A program made the translations under genes and the position numbers. The notes under the pieces were generated by a model that was given only the letters and a program-made list of their open reading frames with translations, had not been told where the DNA came from and made no database searches. From Schizosaccharomyces osmophilus (lineage: Eukaryota), in the NCBI RefSeq assembly GCF_027921745.1, contig NC_079239.1, forward strand, positions 2,356,001 through 2,420,000: 64,000 nucleotides of DNA. The letters are read 5' to 3'. This document shows positions 22,538 to 33,466 of the stretch, in pieces. The number at the start of each line of letters is the position of its first letter. Position 1 is the stretch's first letter.

Positions 22538-22939
22538 ATGAATGGTATAAGTTCAGAATCGTCTTTAGGAGATGAAGAGAGTATTTTCCGCCGTTTTGAA
22601 CAGTTGCTAGTTTCATATGAAAAGTTAACGCTTATGGCAGCAGAACAGGAAGAGCATAACAGTCAAATGGAAGCAACTGTGTTAAAATTACTTAAAGAAA
22701 GGTGGGAACGAGATCAGAGATACGCAAGTATCTTTTACAGGTTGTTGGGGTGTATTGAAAAAGCACTTTGCAACAAGATGAGTAGAGATGAACTGAAAGA
22801 GGAATACGATAAAATCATTGAAAAAACACTATTCTCTGACCAACAAGCATACGAAAATGCTTCGGTTGAGAATGTTCGACTCAAGAAACAGCTTGAGAAA
22901 AATAACCTAGAAGGTGAGCAACCTTCTAGTGAAGCGTAA
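22538..22939 (+). CDS. spo2: Sporulation-specific spindle pole body protein Spo2 (133 aa, coiled coil)
   Basis: The ATG at 22538 gives 133 aa, the size I recall for S. pombe Spo2, which lies next to vps1302. Helical/coiled-coil composition and an upstream FLEX site agree. Confidence 0.7.
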   Translation: MNGISSESSLGDEESIFRRFEQLLVSYEKLTLMAAEQEEHNSQMEATVLKLLKERWERDQRYASIFYRLLGCIEKALCNKMSRDELKEEYDKIIEKTLFSDQQAYENASVENVRLKKQLEKNNLEGEQPSSEA

Positions 22940-23408
22940 TTCGTGTTTTCTATTGCTAAAACTATCAACTGTTGAGGCTTTAAACCATGAAATGATTTCC
23001 TCTATTTCATTATCCTTCACAATGACCACAAATCTTGAACCTCAAATTACTTTTAAACTTATATAAACATGCCCAAATAAAAAAATGCAAAGAATGCAGC
23101 GAAAAAACATCATTTTAAACTTTTCTCTCCTAGGAATGAAGGTTTTCTCTACAACACATAAATGACCCGCTGTCTTTACGAATAGTCATATTTATGTACC
23201 TTAACTCATGAAAAGTGGTTACTTTTTTCTTTCTGGTAATATTCCGATTCGTAGACAATTGGTAAAGTTCGTTCATTTATAAATCCAAGAGAGTAAGAAC
23301 TGGGAATAAGAAGATGTTCCTTCCTCTACGTATTTGTATATTGAATGGTTTTCGACATTCATAGATTTTAGGCTTCTGTAACCGAAAGATTAATACAAAG
23401 CCGATGCC

Positions 23409-24866
23409 ATGAAGAGGGAAAACAATGAGGCCTATGACAAGTTTCTCTCTTGGCTAACCCAAAACAACTTTTATATCTCATCAAAAATCCAAATAACCGA
23501 GAATTCCGTTGCTGGGCGAGGGATCGTTTCTTTGCAAATCATTTCTCCCCCGGAGTTGCTAGCGTCTTTTAGTAAAGCCATTGTTTTGAGCCCAAAAAAC
23601 TCGTATTTCTCTCCTTTGCTTTCCAAACTTTGTTATAAAGCTGGAGTGCCTAGTTACCCTGCGCAATCTGACCCTTTAGCCAATGTTCGGCTTACGCTGG
23701 CATTTATATTAGAGAAATCCTTGGGCGACAAGAGTTTTTGGAAACCTTACTTGGATACTCTTGATGAAGCTGCTATTCCAGATTCCATTTTGCTATGGGG
23801 CCATGATCAATTACGATTTAAGGGGACTAATGTATACGAAAAGACTAACAATGTACTAAAAATTTACTACGAACAGTATAAGGAAATTGTTTTACCCTTT
23901 TTTAAGGAGTGTACATCACTTCCCAAATCAGGTCCCAGCTGGCTAGATTATTTGCGAGCATGCATTCTCACTCAAAGCAGATGTTTTTATATTGATGACT
24001 ACCATAAATTATCGCTTGTCCCTTTTTGTGATATATTTAATCATCAATCAAATCCAGAAATTGCTTTTCTTGAATGCTCCAACCTTATAACGGATTCATC
24101 AAGCAATTATGAGCCTACAGACGACTTTCTTTGCAATTTTACACTGAACTCAGTTGTTCATAAAGGAGATGAAATATTTAATTGCTTTGGATCTTTTTGC
24201 GTCGACGAACTGCTCATCCAATATGGCTTTTTAGATCCTACTTGTGAGATTTGGCAAGTAGATTTGGAAAGAACAATACGAAGCTTATTCAAGGAAGCTT
24301 TTTGCAAGTGGAAGAAGTATTTTGATTTTGAATCGCCTTATGACCCACATAGTGAAAACTGTAAACTGGCTCTGGAGGAATCATCAAATCATTCACGAAA
24401 TTTACTCTCTCGCCATCACAAGAGCCTATGTATTTTCAGCACATTGGGACCAAGCTTTGCAATGTTTTCATTCATTTGCTTTCTCACTTACAACTCTTAC
24501 GTTGATCGCTATCCGACTACGGCTAGTCTTTTACCATTTTCAAAACTAGAAAAGAGTCTATGGAATTACCATATCGAAATCTTAGGTTCTAGGGAGCCAA
24601 AAGTAGAACAGGAATTGATGACTATCTACGCAGAGATTCTTAAGACACTGGGTTCCATTTATGAATTACGTAAAAGTCAGTATGAGAATGGAGGTTTATC
24701 AGCATCCGATTATAAATTTTTACTTGACAATTCATCCTTAGAGCATGAGAGTCGTGCATTAATTACTATTAAGGTGTTTTATTATGAGTTATTGCTTTTG
24801 GAATCGGAACATCAACGCTGTATAGAAATACAGTCAAACTTATCTAGGGCGAAAAACGAAAGCTAA
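23409..24866 (+). CDS. SET-domain lysine methyltransferase (SETD6/Rkm-like)
   Basis: Motifs AGRGIV, SFWKPYLDTL, QSRCF, LVPFCDIFNH, KGDEIFNCFG, ELLIQYGF. Confidence 0.9.
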   Translation: MKRENNEAYDKFLSWLTQNNFYISSKIQITENSVAGRGIVSLQIISPPELLASFSKAIVLSPKNSYFSPLLSKLCYKAGVPSYPAQSDPLANVRLTLAFILEKSLGDKSFWKPYLDTLDEAAIPDSILLWGHDQLRFKGTNVYEKTNNVLKIYYEQYKEIVLPFFKECTSLPKSGPSWLDYLRACILTQSRCFYIDDYHKLSLVPFCDIFNHQSNPEIAFLECSNLITDSSSNYEPTDDFLCNFTLNSVVHKGDEIFNCFGSFCVDELLIQYGFLDPTCEIWQVDLERTIRSLFKEAFCKWKKYFDFESPYDPHSENCKLALEESSNHSRNLLSRHHKSLCIFSTLGPSFAMFSFICFLTYNSYVDRYPTTASLLPFSKLEKSLWNYHIEILGSREPKVEQELMTIYAEILKTLGSIYELRKSQYENGGLSASDYKFLLDNSSLEHESRALITIKVFYYELLLLESEHQRCIEIQSNLSRAKNES

Positions 24867-25480
24867 GGCTGCTTTGCAAAGGATTGTGAACAAAATTTTT
24901 GATGTCTTCTATCAAATTTTAGTTGAGGAAAGCCGTAAAGCAAAGTATACACTTCCTGGGCACTGAATATACTTATACTAAATACAAATAGTAAACTGTT
25001 ACGGCTAGTGTTTTTTCAAGGTCAAGCAATTTACATGTATTTTTTCGTGACACCAAGGTCAAGAATTGTTCTAACAGTCTGTGCTTTTCGATGCTTCCAA
25101 CAGAATTCGATTTCTGAAGAGCTCGACCATCAATATCTCAAGTCTGGCACCTCACAAATGCTCGAGCAAGGTAGGAAATAGGCACAACACTGTTTAGAGC
25201 GAGAGCATTTATCGCCTAATAAATTTGAATTATTTTGTTTACATCAAACAATGATATAGCTTCAGTATACGAGTGAAGATTACTTTATGATCTTCTCTTG
25301 CTTCGCCGCTTGTTCTTTCAACTCTACCACAGTATTTGTTTTGTCCTCGACATTCGAAGTTCAAGTTTATAATTGAACAGTAAATTATTCCTTCTCGTAT
25401 TCAAGTTGAAAAAAATTGACTTCTTGAGAGATATATTCTGCCTTGTATGAACAACTTACTACGACAAACTCCCATGTAAT

Positions 25481-26692
25481 ATGCAAGAAAATTCGCATAA
25501 TTCCTATAGAACAAGAACCATTTCGTATTTGGAGCCCACTTCTAATAGATATAGTAAACGATTGGTTCTTTGTCAGACAGGTAAGTTGCTTCTGTCAATC
25601 TGCTGAAGTTAGTCGTCGAACCAGTGCGACATTATGCATGCAACATAAAAAGACATTCCTTTATTTAAAGATCTACTTCTAATTCTTTCTATTAATAGAC
25701 AATGGCCCTTGTCCCATCATTGCAATTGTAAACTCGTTGGTTTTAAAATCTAACGATGAGAGGTCATTCTCGCTTCCGAATAAAAGACACATTCCTGCAG
25801 AAGAAGTAACTGACTGTCTTATTCAATTCGCCAAAAGATATGCGCTTTGCGAAGATTTTGAAGACCTTCATGGTCAGCTTTCTATTGTGCATTTTGGTCA
25901 ACAGTTAAATCCTTCTATTCTAGACATTCAAAAATTCGAATATGGTGATGAAATGTTCAAATTATTCGGCATTCCCTTAGTTCACGGCTGGTTATTCTCC
26001 AGTGAAATAATGCAAGACGACCAATCGTCTCTCAAATGTTTGCAAGAACTAGAGTATTATGAGAAAATCGCAGATACTTTTGCAGAAAGACGCTCTTTAT
26101 TGGAAATGCTAGATAACTTGACTGCCGAACAGACAAGCTTTCTCGAAAAAAGTGAGTCCCATTTCTTCTTATTTCTAATAATCACTAACGTTATAAAGCT
26201 ACGTTTGTTGACGCAATTATGGAAGACAGGTTTACCATGCAGTTTCTCACTTCATCCGGTTTGCAAAAAATTCTCGAGTTAATTCATCCCGGGGAAATTG
26301 TAGTTTTATTTCGATCATGTCATTTCAGTACTTTGTATTCTAATCCGGAATCACTAAGTCTTTTTACACTTGTCACAGACAGCGGCTATGCTAGAACTGG
26401 AGAAGATGTAGTATGGGAAACTTTTGATGACCAGGTAGTTGAAACCGGAACTGGAGAACTTTGTTCGGCAAATTTTATACCGGCTGTCCTCGTTATAAAC
26501 CAGAGAAAGGAAGAACATGAGCGCCGTGTTAAAGAAGATGAACGTTACGCCAAAGGGTTAGCCCGAGGACAGCAGCAACAGAGCCGTAATGGACAAAATA
26601 GAGGCTACCCACAGACAGCCCATCGATCCAGAAACAAGACACCAAAGAAGAAACACGATGAGCAGCAATTAAAAAGCTGTACCATCTCTTAG
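25481..26692 (+). CDS. MINDY-family (DUF544) deubiquitinase; exons 25481-25580, 25699-26151, 26199-26692
   Basis: Splicing gives the catalytic QTDNGPCPIIAIVNSL motif; also PLVHGWL, FRSCHFSTL and LVTDSGY..VVWET. Ends in a CaaX box (CTIS). Confidence 0.9.
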
Positions 26693-26869
26693 AAGGTATG
26701 GAGTTGAAAGCTATTTACGCCAAATCATCAGACTTTATTTATCTTCTTAATTTTACATATGATGGTTCACGTTCAAGTAATGAGACCATTCACTTTCTTT
26801 GACTTTTAATGTTCCAGTTACGATTCTTCATAATTTAACTACAAATGCATTTCTCTATTTTCTCGGTGT

Positions 26870-28159
26870 TCATGATTCATAAAAATGTACACGGTCATTA
26901 ACAAGTAGCAGCCAGCCCTCTGTGTCTTTTGATTTCATCCAAGTTCCATCCGGGTGTAATATATTGGTTCCTGTGGTATCTGTTTGAAAGTCTGCCACAA
27001 TCTCAGGAGAATCAATATTCCAGAATCGAATGTGTGAATCGTCACCTGCTGCTCCAAAAAGAGTACCTTTTTCATTACACATGAATGCCAAGTTACGTTC
27101 TACCATGTTGGAATGTCCAGAATAGGACATCAAATGGCTTACCTTTGAGGTGTGTCTTACAAACCGCAAATCGTATAAAGAGATTGACGAGACCAACCCA
27201 CTTACTAATAGTTTCGGTTCAGCCGAATCGACAAGGGATGTCGAACATACACTCGCATCGTGAGCAAATCGGCATATGTTTTTGCTAGGAGCTCTCAAAT
27301 CATACAATAAAACTGATTTGTTTCTGCATCCGGCTGCTAAAATATTTTGGTCAACTGCTGTTAAAGTGAAGACATCGCCTTTGGAATGTAGGTTTCTTTG
27401 AAAAACACCTTCTTCATTCAACAAGGCGATCTTATTGGAACCACCCACAGCGAATCCGACTCCTTTTATAAACTCAGAGCAATGAGGAGTCTTCATTGAT
27501 CGTAAGGATATTTGAGTATAGTTCTCGGGAGAATCTTGGGAAATATTGTAACTGCACATATGAGCTTTACTTTCAGTTGACTGTGAGCTGAGGGTAGTCC
27601 AAAATAAACCTGTACCCAAATTCGAAGAAATAGACGTTATAGAAGACGGCGACAAGCCAAGACGAGCAACATTAACCTTCTGTGGCACCATTCCATTATT
27701 CGGTGAGACTTTTAAATCATGCAAATTTGAATCATTAGCTGAGTATAGAGATGATATAAACATATCGCCCCTGCTGGATGAAAATATATATTTGTTTAAT
27801 CCTGGGACCCAATGAATTTTTTGTAGAGTGATGCCCTGTAAAGATGGGGAAAATGTAATTTCTCGACCCCGTCGACCTAACAAACCCGCATTCATGAAAT
27901 TCCCAAAGGTCCCAGCTAATTGACGACTGAATAAGTACTTATTTAAACTGGGTAAAAGGTTACGATGATGCTTCTTGGTTGTACTCTGCTTCTCATCATC
28001 TTTTGAACTAGTTCTTTTTCGAGAATTGTATTGGTTTAAATGTTCCCTTGTGTAATCGTGTGCAGACGGAGTAGATATTCCTTGTGAAGCAATACGAAAG
28101 TATCTATTGCGAGCTGAATCATAGTAAAAGCCAGGAATTTCGAGTGGAGTACCAACCAT
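26870..28159 (-). CDS. wdr21: WD-repeat DDB1-CUL4-associated factor (DCAF4/Wdr21)
   Basis: N-terminal EIPGFYYDSARNRYF motif and YDLR-type WD repeats; first ATG at 28159. Confidence 0.85.
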   Translation of the reverse strand: MVGTPLEIPGFYYDSARNRYFRIASQGISTPSAHDYTREHLNQYNSRKRTSSKDDEKQSTTKKHHRNLLPSLNKYLFSRQLAGTFGNFMNAGLLGRRGREITFSPSLQGITLQKIHWVPGLNKYIFSSSRGDMFISSLYSANDSNLHDLKVSPNNGMVPQKVNVARLGLSPSSITSISSNLGTGLFWTTLSSQSTESKAHMCSYNISQDSPENYTQISLRSMKTPHCSEFIKGVGFAVGGSNKIALLNEEGVFQRNLHSKGDVFTLTAVDQNILAAGCRNKSVLLYDLRAPSKNICRFAHDASVCSTSLVDSAEPKLLVSGLVSSISLYDLRFVRHTSKVSHLMSYSGHSNMVERNLAFMCNEKGTLFGAAGDDSHIRFWNIDSPEIVADFQTDTTGTNILHPDGTWMKSKDTEGWLLLVNDRVHFYES

Positions 28160-28562
28160 TCTCAAAGTTAGTTGCAGCAAACTTTCGTTCGTAAATTAAC
28201 TGTTCTTTTGCCAAAAGTTCATTTCCCTTTTTTAGACTTTATATCAAATTTTATAACTTCTTAATTATCTGATTTTATCTATTTATTTCTTAAAGAGAAC
28301 AGACAAAACAAAACCGGTATTTGTATGTAAATCACATTTGTATGTAGCAAATACAAATCAATGCTGGTTCCAAATATAAAGTACTTCCTTCGGATTCAGT
28401 ATCCTTAAAAAGCGATTCTAATAAATTTAGTCGTTTAGTATTGTGCTTTTATTAAATTCTTTAATAGTAAATGTAGAATTAATAGTTCTTCTCTGAGTCG
28501 GAGACAAACAGCAAAAGACGTACCCACGCTCAATAGCTCCAATAACGTGATGGCCTTTTGGC

Positions 28563-31394
28563 TTAGAGACCGTAAGATGTTCTCAGTTCTTTTCTTAAAG
28601 ATTTAAGAGAAGTTTTCAAGAATTCGTACTTTGTCTCATAGCCAGGAACTACCTGATGGAATAAAAGTGTTTCGACATTTTTTAATGTAATTTCGACAAC
28701 AGTAGGGAAAAGTTCAGGTGAAACATTATCCTTTTCAACTAGACGCGGTGCTTCCATAGCACGCAAACGAGAAGTTGCCCTTGACATTAATTGTATGCAT
28801 AGCTTTTTGAGATCATCGTCTGCAAAAATAAAGGTTGATAACGTGTGGATGAAAGTTAACAAATGAATAAACGAGCACTCATCTAAGGCATAGTCAGGTA
28901 TTCTTTTTAGCATTCGAAACATATGGACGTTTGGATATTTTGTGAAAAAAATTAAAGCTTCTTCATTTTTTGTGGCATCAATCATTCCTGAAAGATCATC
29001 AAGATGGTGCGAAACATCATTAGAGATTATCGAGTAAGAACCATCGTCATGAGTATTCTTATTCTCTAAAGATGTCCTAATAGTACTTACACGCTTAGCC
29101 AGATCAGACATAGCCGTTGCCTTTTCTTGGTTATGTAACTTGATTTTTTCTAAGGAATTTTTCAACAAATCCTTTCCTTCATAAATAAAAGCGGTAGGCT
29201 CGTAAGAATTCAGTGATTTCTTAAAACATTCTTCTGCCGTCTGCTTTATTTTAATTTTGAGAGTTGCATTCAGGTGTGAACCAATCGACAGCCTAATTAG
29301 TGACTCAATTTGATTTGGTAATTCCTCTTTCAGTTTTTCGTTGACCCTTTTCTTTAATAGCATATTGACAAAACTAAATACTTCATCGTCTTGAGGAATG
29401 ATTGTACCAACAATAGATTTCAAGTGCTCGGATGAAGAAGAGTTCAGGATGCTTGATGCATATTCAAAAATCGTGTTTTCTGTTTCTTTTATAGACACCG
29501 GAAGTTTGAATTCCCTCAAAGCGGGTGCAGAGTTCAGCCCTTTGTCAACCTTTTCTAGGCAGGCAGATGCTAAAATAGGCTGTTCAGGTGTCGGATAGTC
29601 TAACGATTTCCCTTCTCTACTAAAACAATCCGCATCCATAGATAATAAATAATATCCACTAGTTAAGACCAACAATAAATTGAGTTCGTCATTATTTTCT
29701 GAAATCATATTCGAATACAGAATTCCATCATTCAATATTGTTTTAGACATTACGGCTCCGACATAACCAGATTCACCAAAAACTTCGCTGTTAAGAGCTG
29801 ACATTATAAAAGAAGACGTACTTATACGATCCATGTCAGAAGAAAGCGAAGAAGCGTGATAAGAAAAAATCTCTAAGTAGTCAGCTGAAATGGATGATAT
29901 CAAGTCCTGGTTATTGGAAACACCCAATATGTGTGGAGAGAACTTTCGATTTTCATTCTTCAATTTTATTTCTTGAGTGACCTGACGGCATCCAAAATCA
30001 AACAACAATAAAGTAGAACTTTGGTTGTACGATATGCACAAAATCCTATCCAAAAACGTGCCATCCTTCCTTTTAGTAGACAAAAAGAAGATAGAATTAG
30101 CAGGTGAAGGTGAACGTAATTCTATGAATGCAAAAGGAGTAGAAATAAGTTTTTCAGTATTTGCACCAGCTGACAAGGCCACTTGGTATAAATAGACTTT
30201 AAAATCCACTAATAAAGCTAGCACGGTTTTATCCATTGATAGCGAACAAGAGTTGATGGTAGAAGGAGCCTCCACGGTAATAACCGAATTGTCTAAAAGC
30301 TCTGCTGACCCAATTTTCATGCTCTTCTTGTTTAATGGAACCTGTATTACATGGTACTTGTTTTTCACTAAAACACCAACAAAATTAGAATCCCCAGACA
30401 CCCAGGTGCAACCTCGTAATAACGGATGGAAGACGCTTAAAGCCAAAGAAGCACTAAGACTGTTATCGCCGTCATTTATCTTCCATACTGAAGCTTTACC
30501 TTCACAATCAGTAACAAGTAAATATATGTTAGAGGATGTATCTTCTCCGAATCCCAGGTAAACTACTTGGCTTTCACAATCCAAAGCACAATATTGCTTG
30601 GTATCGACATTTAACACGCAAACTCCATTGAGGTTTTGATCAACGTATGCCGCATACTGATTTTTTTTATCAGCCAAAGCTAAAGGCTCATAGAAGCAAT
30701 TATATGGAAGATTCTGCTTCGCTAATGTGTGGAAAGACTCAACCAACAACGGAGATGATATGCATGATGGTGGGAGGGTGAACGAACGACCCATAGGTGG
30801 ATCAATACTGTAAACCTCATGAGGAAGGTTTTTATCATCTATAAATTGAGAAAAATGACTCTCTTCCATATCACTTCTTTCTTTCTTTGTAGGACTAGGG
30901 AAAGGATGAAGAGCAAATGAAGTTTTCGACTTTGATTTCTGCTCCTTCTTAAAGGTGTCATCTTTCCTAAAAGTCAAAGGGGAAGCATCCTGTTGTTTCC
31001 TAACTTTCACGGGAGATGCTATATCCCTCTTCTCTGTTGTTTCCGGGGTTGAACTGGATGATTGACGCTGCAATAAAGGACTTGTTGCTTCTAAAAAGTC
31101 AAAGGGATTAAAGCTGTTGAAAAATGGCTGTTTGGGCAGGCCTAATGGCTTTTCAGGGCTATTTGTAATGGGATTAGGCTTGAAATCAGACAGACCATCA
31201 GGTTGTTTTCTGTTCTCTAAAACATCAGGCCTTAACATATTAAGCAAAAGATTGCTTTCCGTTGAATTTGTACGGAGTGTATCTGACATAGTCCTTGAAA
31301 GCTTGTTTGAAGATACGTCGTTTAGACTTTCTGAATTCGCAAACTCAGATACCTTGTGTTTACCAAAATTAGTATCTTTTTTATATCCAGACAT
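28563..31394 (-). CDS. Large protein with disordered N-terminus, WD40-like propeller and helical C-terminus, resembling Edc4/Pdc1
   Basis: ORF of ~943 aa from the ATG at 31394; beta-strand-rich middle; C-terminal FIHLLTFIHTLS resembles the Edc4/Ge-1 C-terminal domain. Family call by eye. Confidence 0.6.
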   Translation of the reverse strand: MSGYKKDTNFGKHKVSEFANSESLNDVSSNKLSRTMSDTLRTNSTESNLLLNMLRPDVLENRKQPDGLSDFKPNPITNSPEKPLGLPKQPFFNSFNPFDFLEATSPLLQRQSSSSTPETTEKRDIASPVKVRKQQDASPLTFRKDDTFKKEQKSKSKTSFALHPFPSPTKKERSDMEESHFSQFIDDKNLPHEVYSIDPPMGRSFTLPPSCISSPLLVESFHTLAKQNLPYNCFYEPLALADKKNQYAAYVDQNLNGVCVLNVDTKQYCALDCESQVVYLGFGEDTSSNIYLLVTDCEGKASVWKINDGDNSLSASLALSVFHPLLRGCTWVSGDSNFVGVLVKNKYHVIQVPLNKKSMKIGSAELLDNSVITVEAPSTINSCSLSMDKTVLALLVDFKVYLYQVALSAGANTEKLISTPFAFIELRSPSPANSIFFLSTKRKDGTFLDRILCISYNQSSTLLLFDFGCRQVTQEIKLKNENRKFSPHILGVSNNQDLISSISADYLEIFSYHASSLSSDMDRISTSSFIMSALNSEVFGESGYVGAVMSKTILNDGILYSNMISENNDELNLLLVLTSGYYLLSMDADCFSREGKSLDYPTPEQPILASACLEKVDKGLNSAPALREFKLPVSIKETENTIFEYASSILNSSSSEHLKSIVGTIIPQDDEVFSFVNMLLKKRVNEKLKEELPNQIESLIRLSIGSHLNATLKIKIKQTAEECFKKSLNSYEPTAFIYEGKDLLKNSLEKIKLHNQEKATAMSDLAKRVSTIRTSLENKNTHDDGSYSIISNDVSHHLDDLSGMIDATKNEEALIFFTKYPNVHMFRMLKRIPDYALDECSFIHLLTFIHTLSTFIFADDDLKKLCIQLMSRATSRLRAMEAPRLVEKDNVSPELFPTVVEITLKNVETLLFHQVVPGYETKYEFLKTSLKSLRKELRTSYGL

Positions 31395-31951
31395 AATAAA
31401 ATAAGTTGTTGCCAAAACGTATTATTCTTAATATCACTACATGTATTATATGTATGTCAAAAGTTGAGAATAAGTGACCTTTGGCTGTTGGTGGGAAGGT
31501 TCCTTTTAGTCAAGTTGAAGGAGTGAAGGGTTACGAAAGGTAAGAAAAATGAGTATAGAATATGTACTTTTTGTTTTAGAAATGATTATTCTTATACAAT
31601 TCTGATTCTCGTAAGAGTTTTGTTTACAGCAAAATAACTGTCTTGGCTGAAGTAGGACACTTAGGTTTTCCATCGACTTTTAGCCCTTCAAACCATTTTG
31701 CTCAATTGTTTCTTTACTAAATGTTCATATCTAATTATTTATTTGCTGTAAACTTGAGGTTTTATTCCTTTTACTGACCTGGCAATGCAGTTGAATACCA
31801 CAACCGCTTTCTCTACCTGTATAAAGCTTTGATCGGCGAATATTTTAGAGTCCAGTAAAAGCAGACTCTAAAGAAGTTCTTTTAAAGAAATCGAAAGCCA
31901 TATCTAAGAGAATTTGACTGAATAGAAAAGGTGGAGCGTATACTAGGAAAA

Positions 31952-32190
31952 ATGTCACAAGCTTACCTGATTTCGAAGTATGAAGAAAGAAAATTGAAAG
32001 AAATGGAATGCTAACAAAAACCTTCGTTTTATTTAGACGGCTGGACCCTTTGTTTGGAATGGCGATAGGTATTTACGGATATTATTTATACGAGAAAGAG
32101 CATCCTCGACCTCAAGGCAAAAAATTGCAAGAACTCGTGATGAAACGTTGGAATAATCGCAACAATGCCGCGAGTTCTGAAACCGTTTAG
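31952..32190 (+). CDS. nce101: Nce101-like small membrane protein; one intron at ~31978-32036
   Basis: Spliced MSQAYLISKRLDPLFGMAIGIYGYYLYEKE matches the NCE101 motif (YLISK..DP.F..G...Y..YE). Confidence 0.85.
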
Positions 32191-32490
32191 AATTGAGACA
32201 TAGCTCTATCGTCAATGACATTACTTGTGAAACATTCAAGAATCGAGTTTACTTGGAAAACCGCACAATCTTAACACCTCGATATTTATTGTATGCTAAA
32301 AAAATAAGATAATTGAAAGGGGAAGAAGGTTGAGACGTAAGTAAAATGAAGGTGATTAAAAAGTACGAGACGTAGAATAAAGCATGGCGCTTGTAGGATG
32401 ATTCGCTTCAATCCATTCACCAAAAAAGTAATTTTCAAGGATGTAGCATAGATAGCTGATATCCTCTGATAGTTAATTTCGGGTTCATGC

Positions 32491-33144
32491 TTATGAAATG
32501 TTTCTTTTATTCTTGAGTTGAATATTCTCACCGTCAACATAGATACCCTTTCCTTTGTATGGTTCGGGCTTCTTGAAAGAGCGAATTTTAGCAGCAAGTT
32601 GCGTTACCTTTTGTTTATCAATGCCGCTCAACACCAAACTTGTAGGGGAAGGATTTTCGACTTGAACTTCTGGTGGTATTTGAACGGAAACAGCATTCGC
32701 AAATCCAACCTTCAAAAGAATATTATTCCCTTCAACAGAAGCTCGATAACCAACACCTAAAAGCTTGACTAAAGATTGCCAGGGCTCGCTCACACCTTTC
32801 ACATTGTTTCCAAGTAAAGCACGGGTGGTTCCCCACATGGCCAACTGCTTTTTTGATAAATCATCTCTAGACTTGGAAGCAATTTCAATTTTTATAGAGT
32901 CATTCTCTTGTCTTAAGCGGAGATATTTGGGAAAGTTCTGCTGTAATTGACCATTTGGTCCAGAGACCTCTAGAATTTGCTTTCGTAGCTGAATTTGCAC
33001 GTCTTTGGGGAGGAGAATTGATTGTTTACCAACGTACGATGGGTTAAAACTGGATGTACTGAACCGCGAAGTTGAACGGCAGAAAGGCAAAAACCGAGTC
33101 ATAAGATTCGAAGCACTAATCGTTGTAGGAGAAAAGAGTTTCAT
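32491..33144 (-). CDS. mrpl6: Mitochondrial ribosomal protein uL6m
   Basis: Presequence, then SYVGKQSI, WGTTRALL, GVGYRA, GIDKQKV, KKPEPYKGKGIY. Confidence 0.93.
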   Translation of the reverse strand: MKLFSPTTISASNLMTRFLPFCRSTSRFSTSSFNPSYVGKQSILLPKDVQIQLRKQILEVSGPNGQLQQNFPKYLRLRQENDSIKIEIASKSRDDLSKKQLAMWGTTRALLGNNVKGVSEPWQSLVKLLGVGYRASVEGNNILLKVGFANAVSVQIPPEVQVENPSPTSLVLSGIDKQKVTQLAAKIRSFKKPEPYKGKGIYVDGENIQLKNKRNIS

Positions 33145-33466
33145 GGTTAATTTTAAAAAAAAAAACAAAATATTAATAGAACTCGAATAGGATAACGAAA
33201 AAACTCCCCAAAACGCGACCCGATTTGGATTAGCTTTTCTTGCTCTTAGGTTTTGGCCAAATGAACAAAAATAGGAATGGAATTAAATTACAGTTAATTT
33301 AAAGGTTTTTTAAAAAAAAAAAGAACAAGAAAAATGCCAATTTCCAGCTCAATACGCGTTGTGAGTGTTGTTTCAGCGAGAGGAACCCTTACTGTAGTGT
33401 GAATGATCAATCGAAAGGTGTCAAGAACCAACTAGTACGAACGTCAAAACACGCATTCAAAACGAA

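Noticed and set aside
22439..22939. Calling this ORF Mug20, or using the 166-aa start
   Set aside because: Position next to vps1302 and the 133-aa length from ATG 22538 fit Spo2 better; the upstream extension overlaps the FLEX promoter element.
25525..25554. Apparent 30-nt intron (GTATTT..CTAAT..TAG) in the MINDY gene
   Set aside because: The frame is open through it and the unspliced peptide fits MINDY spacing before the catalytic Cys.
28317..28356. ATTTGTATGTA direct repeat with a short inverted flank
   Set aside because: Short and AT-rich; compatible with chance or ordinary 3'-end/promoter sequence.
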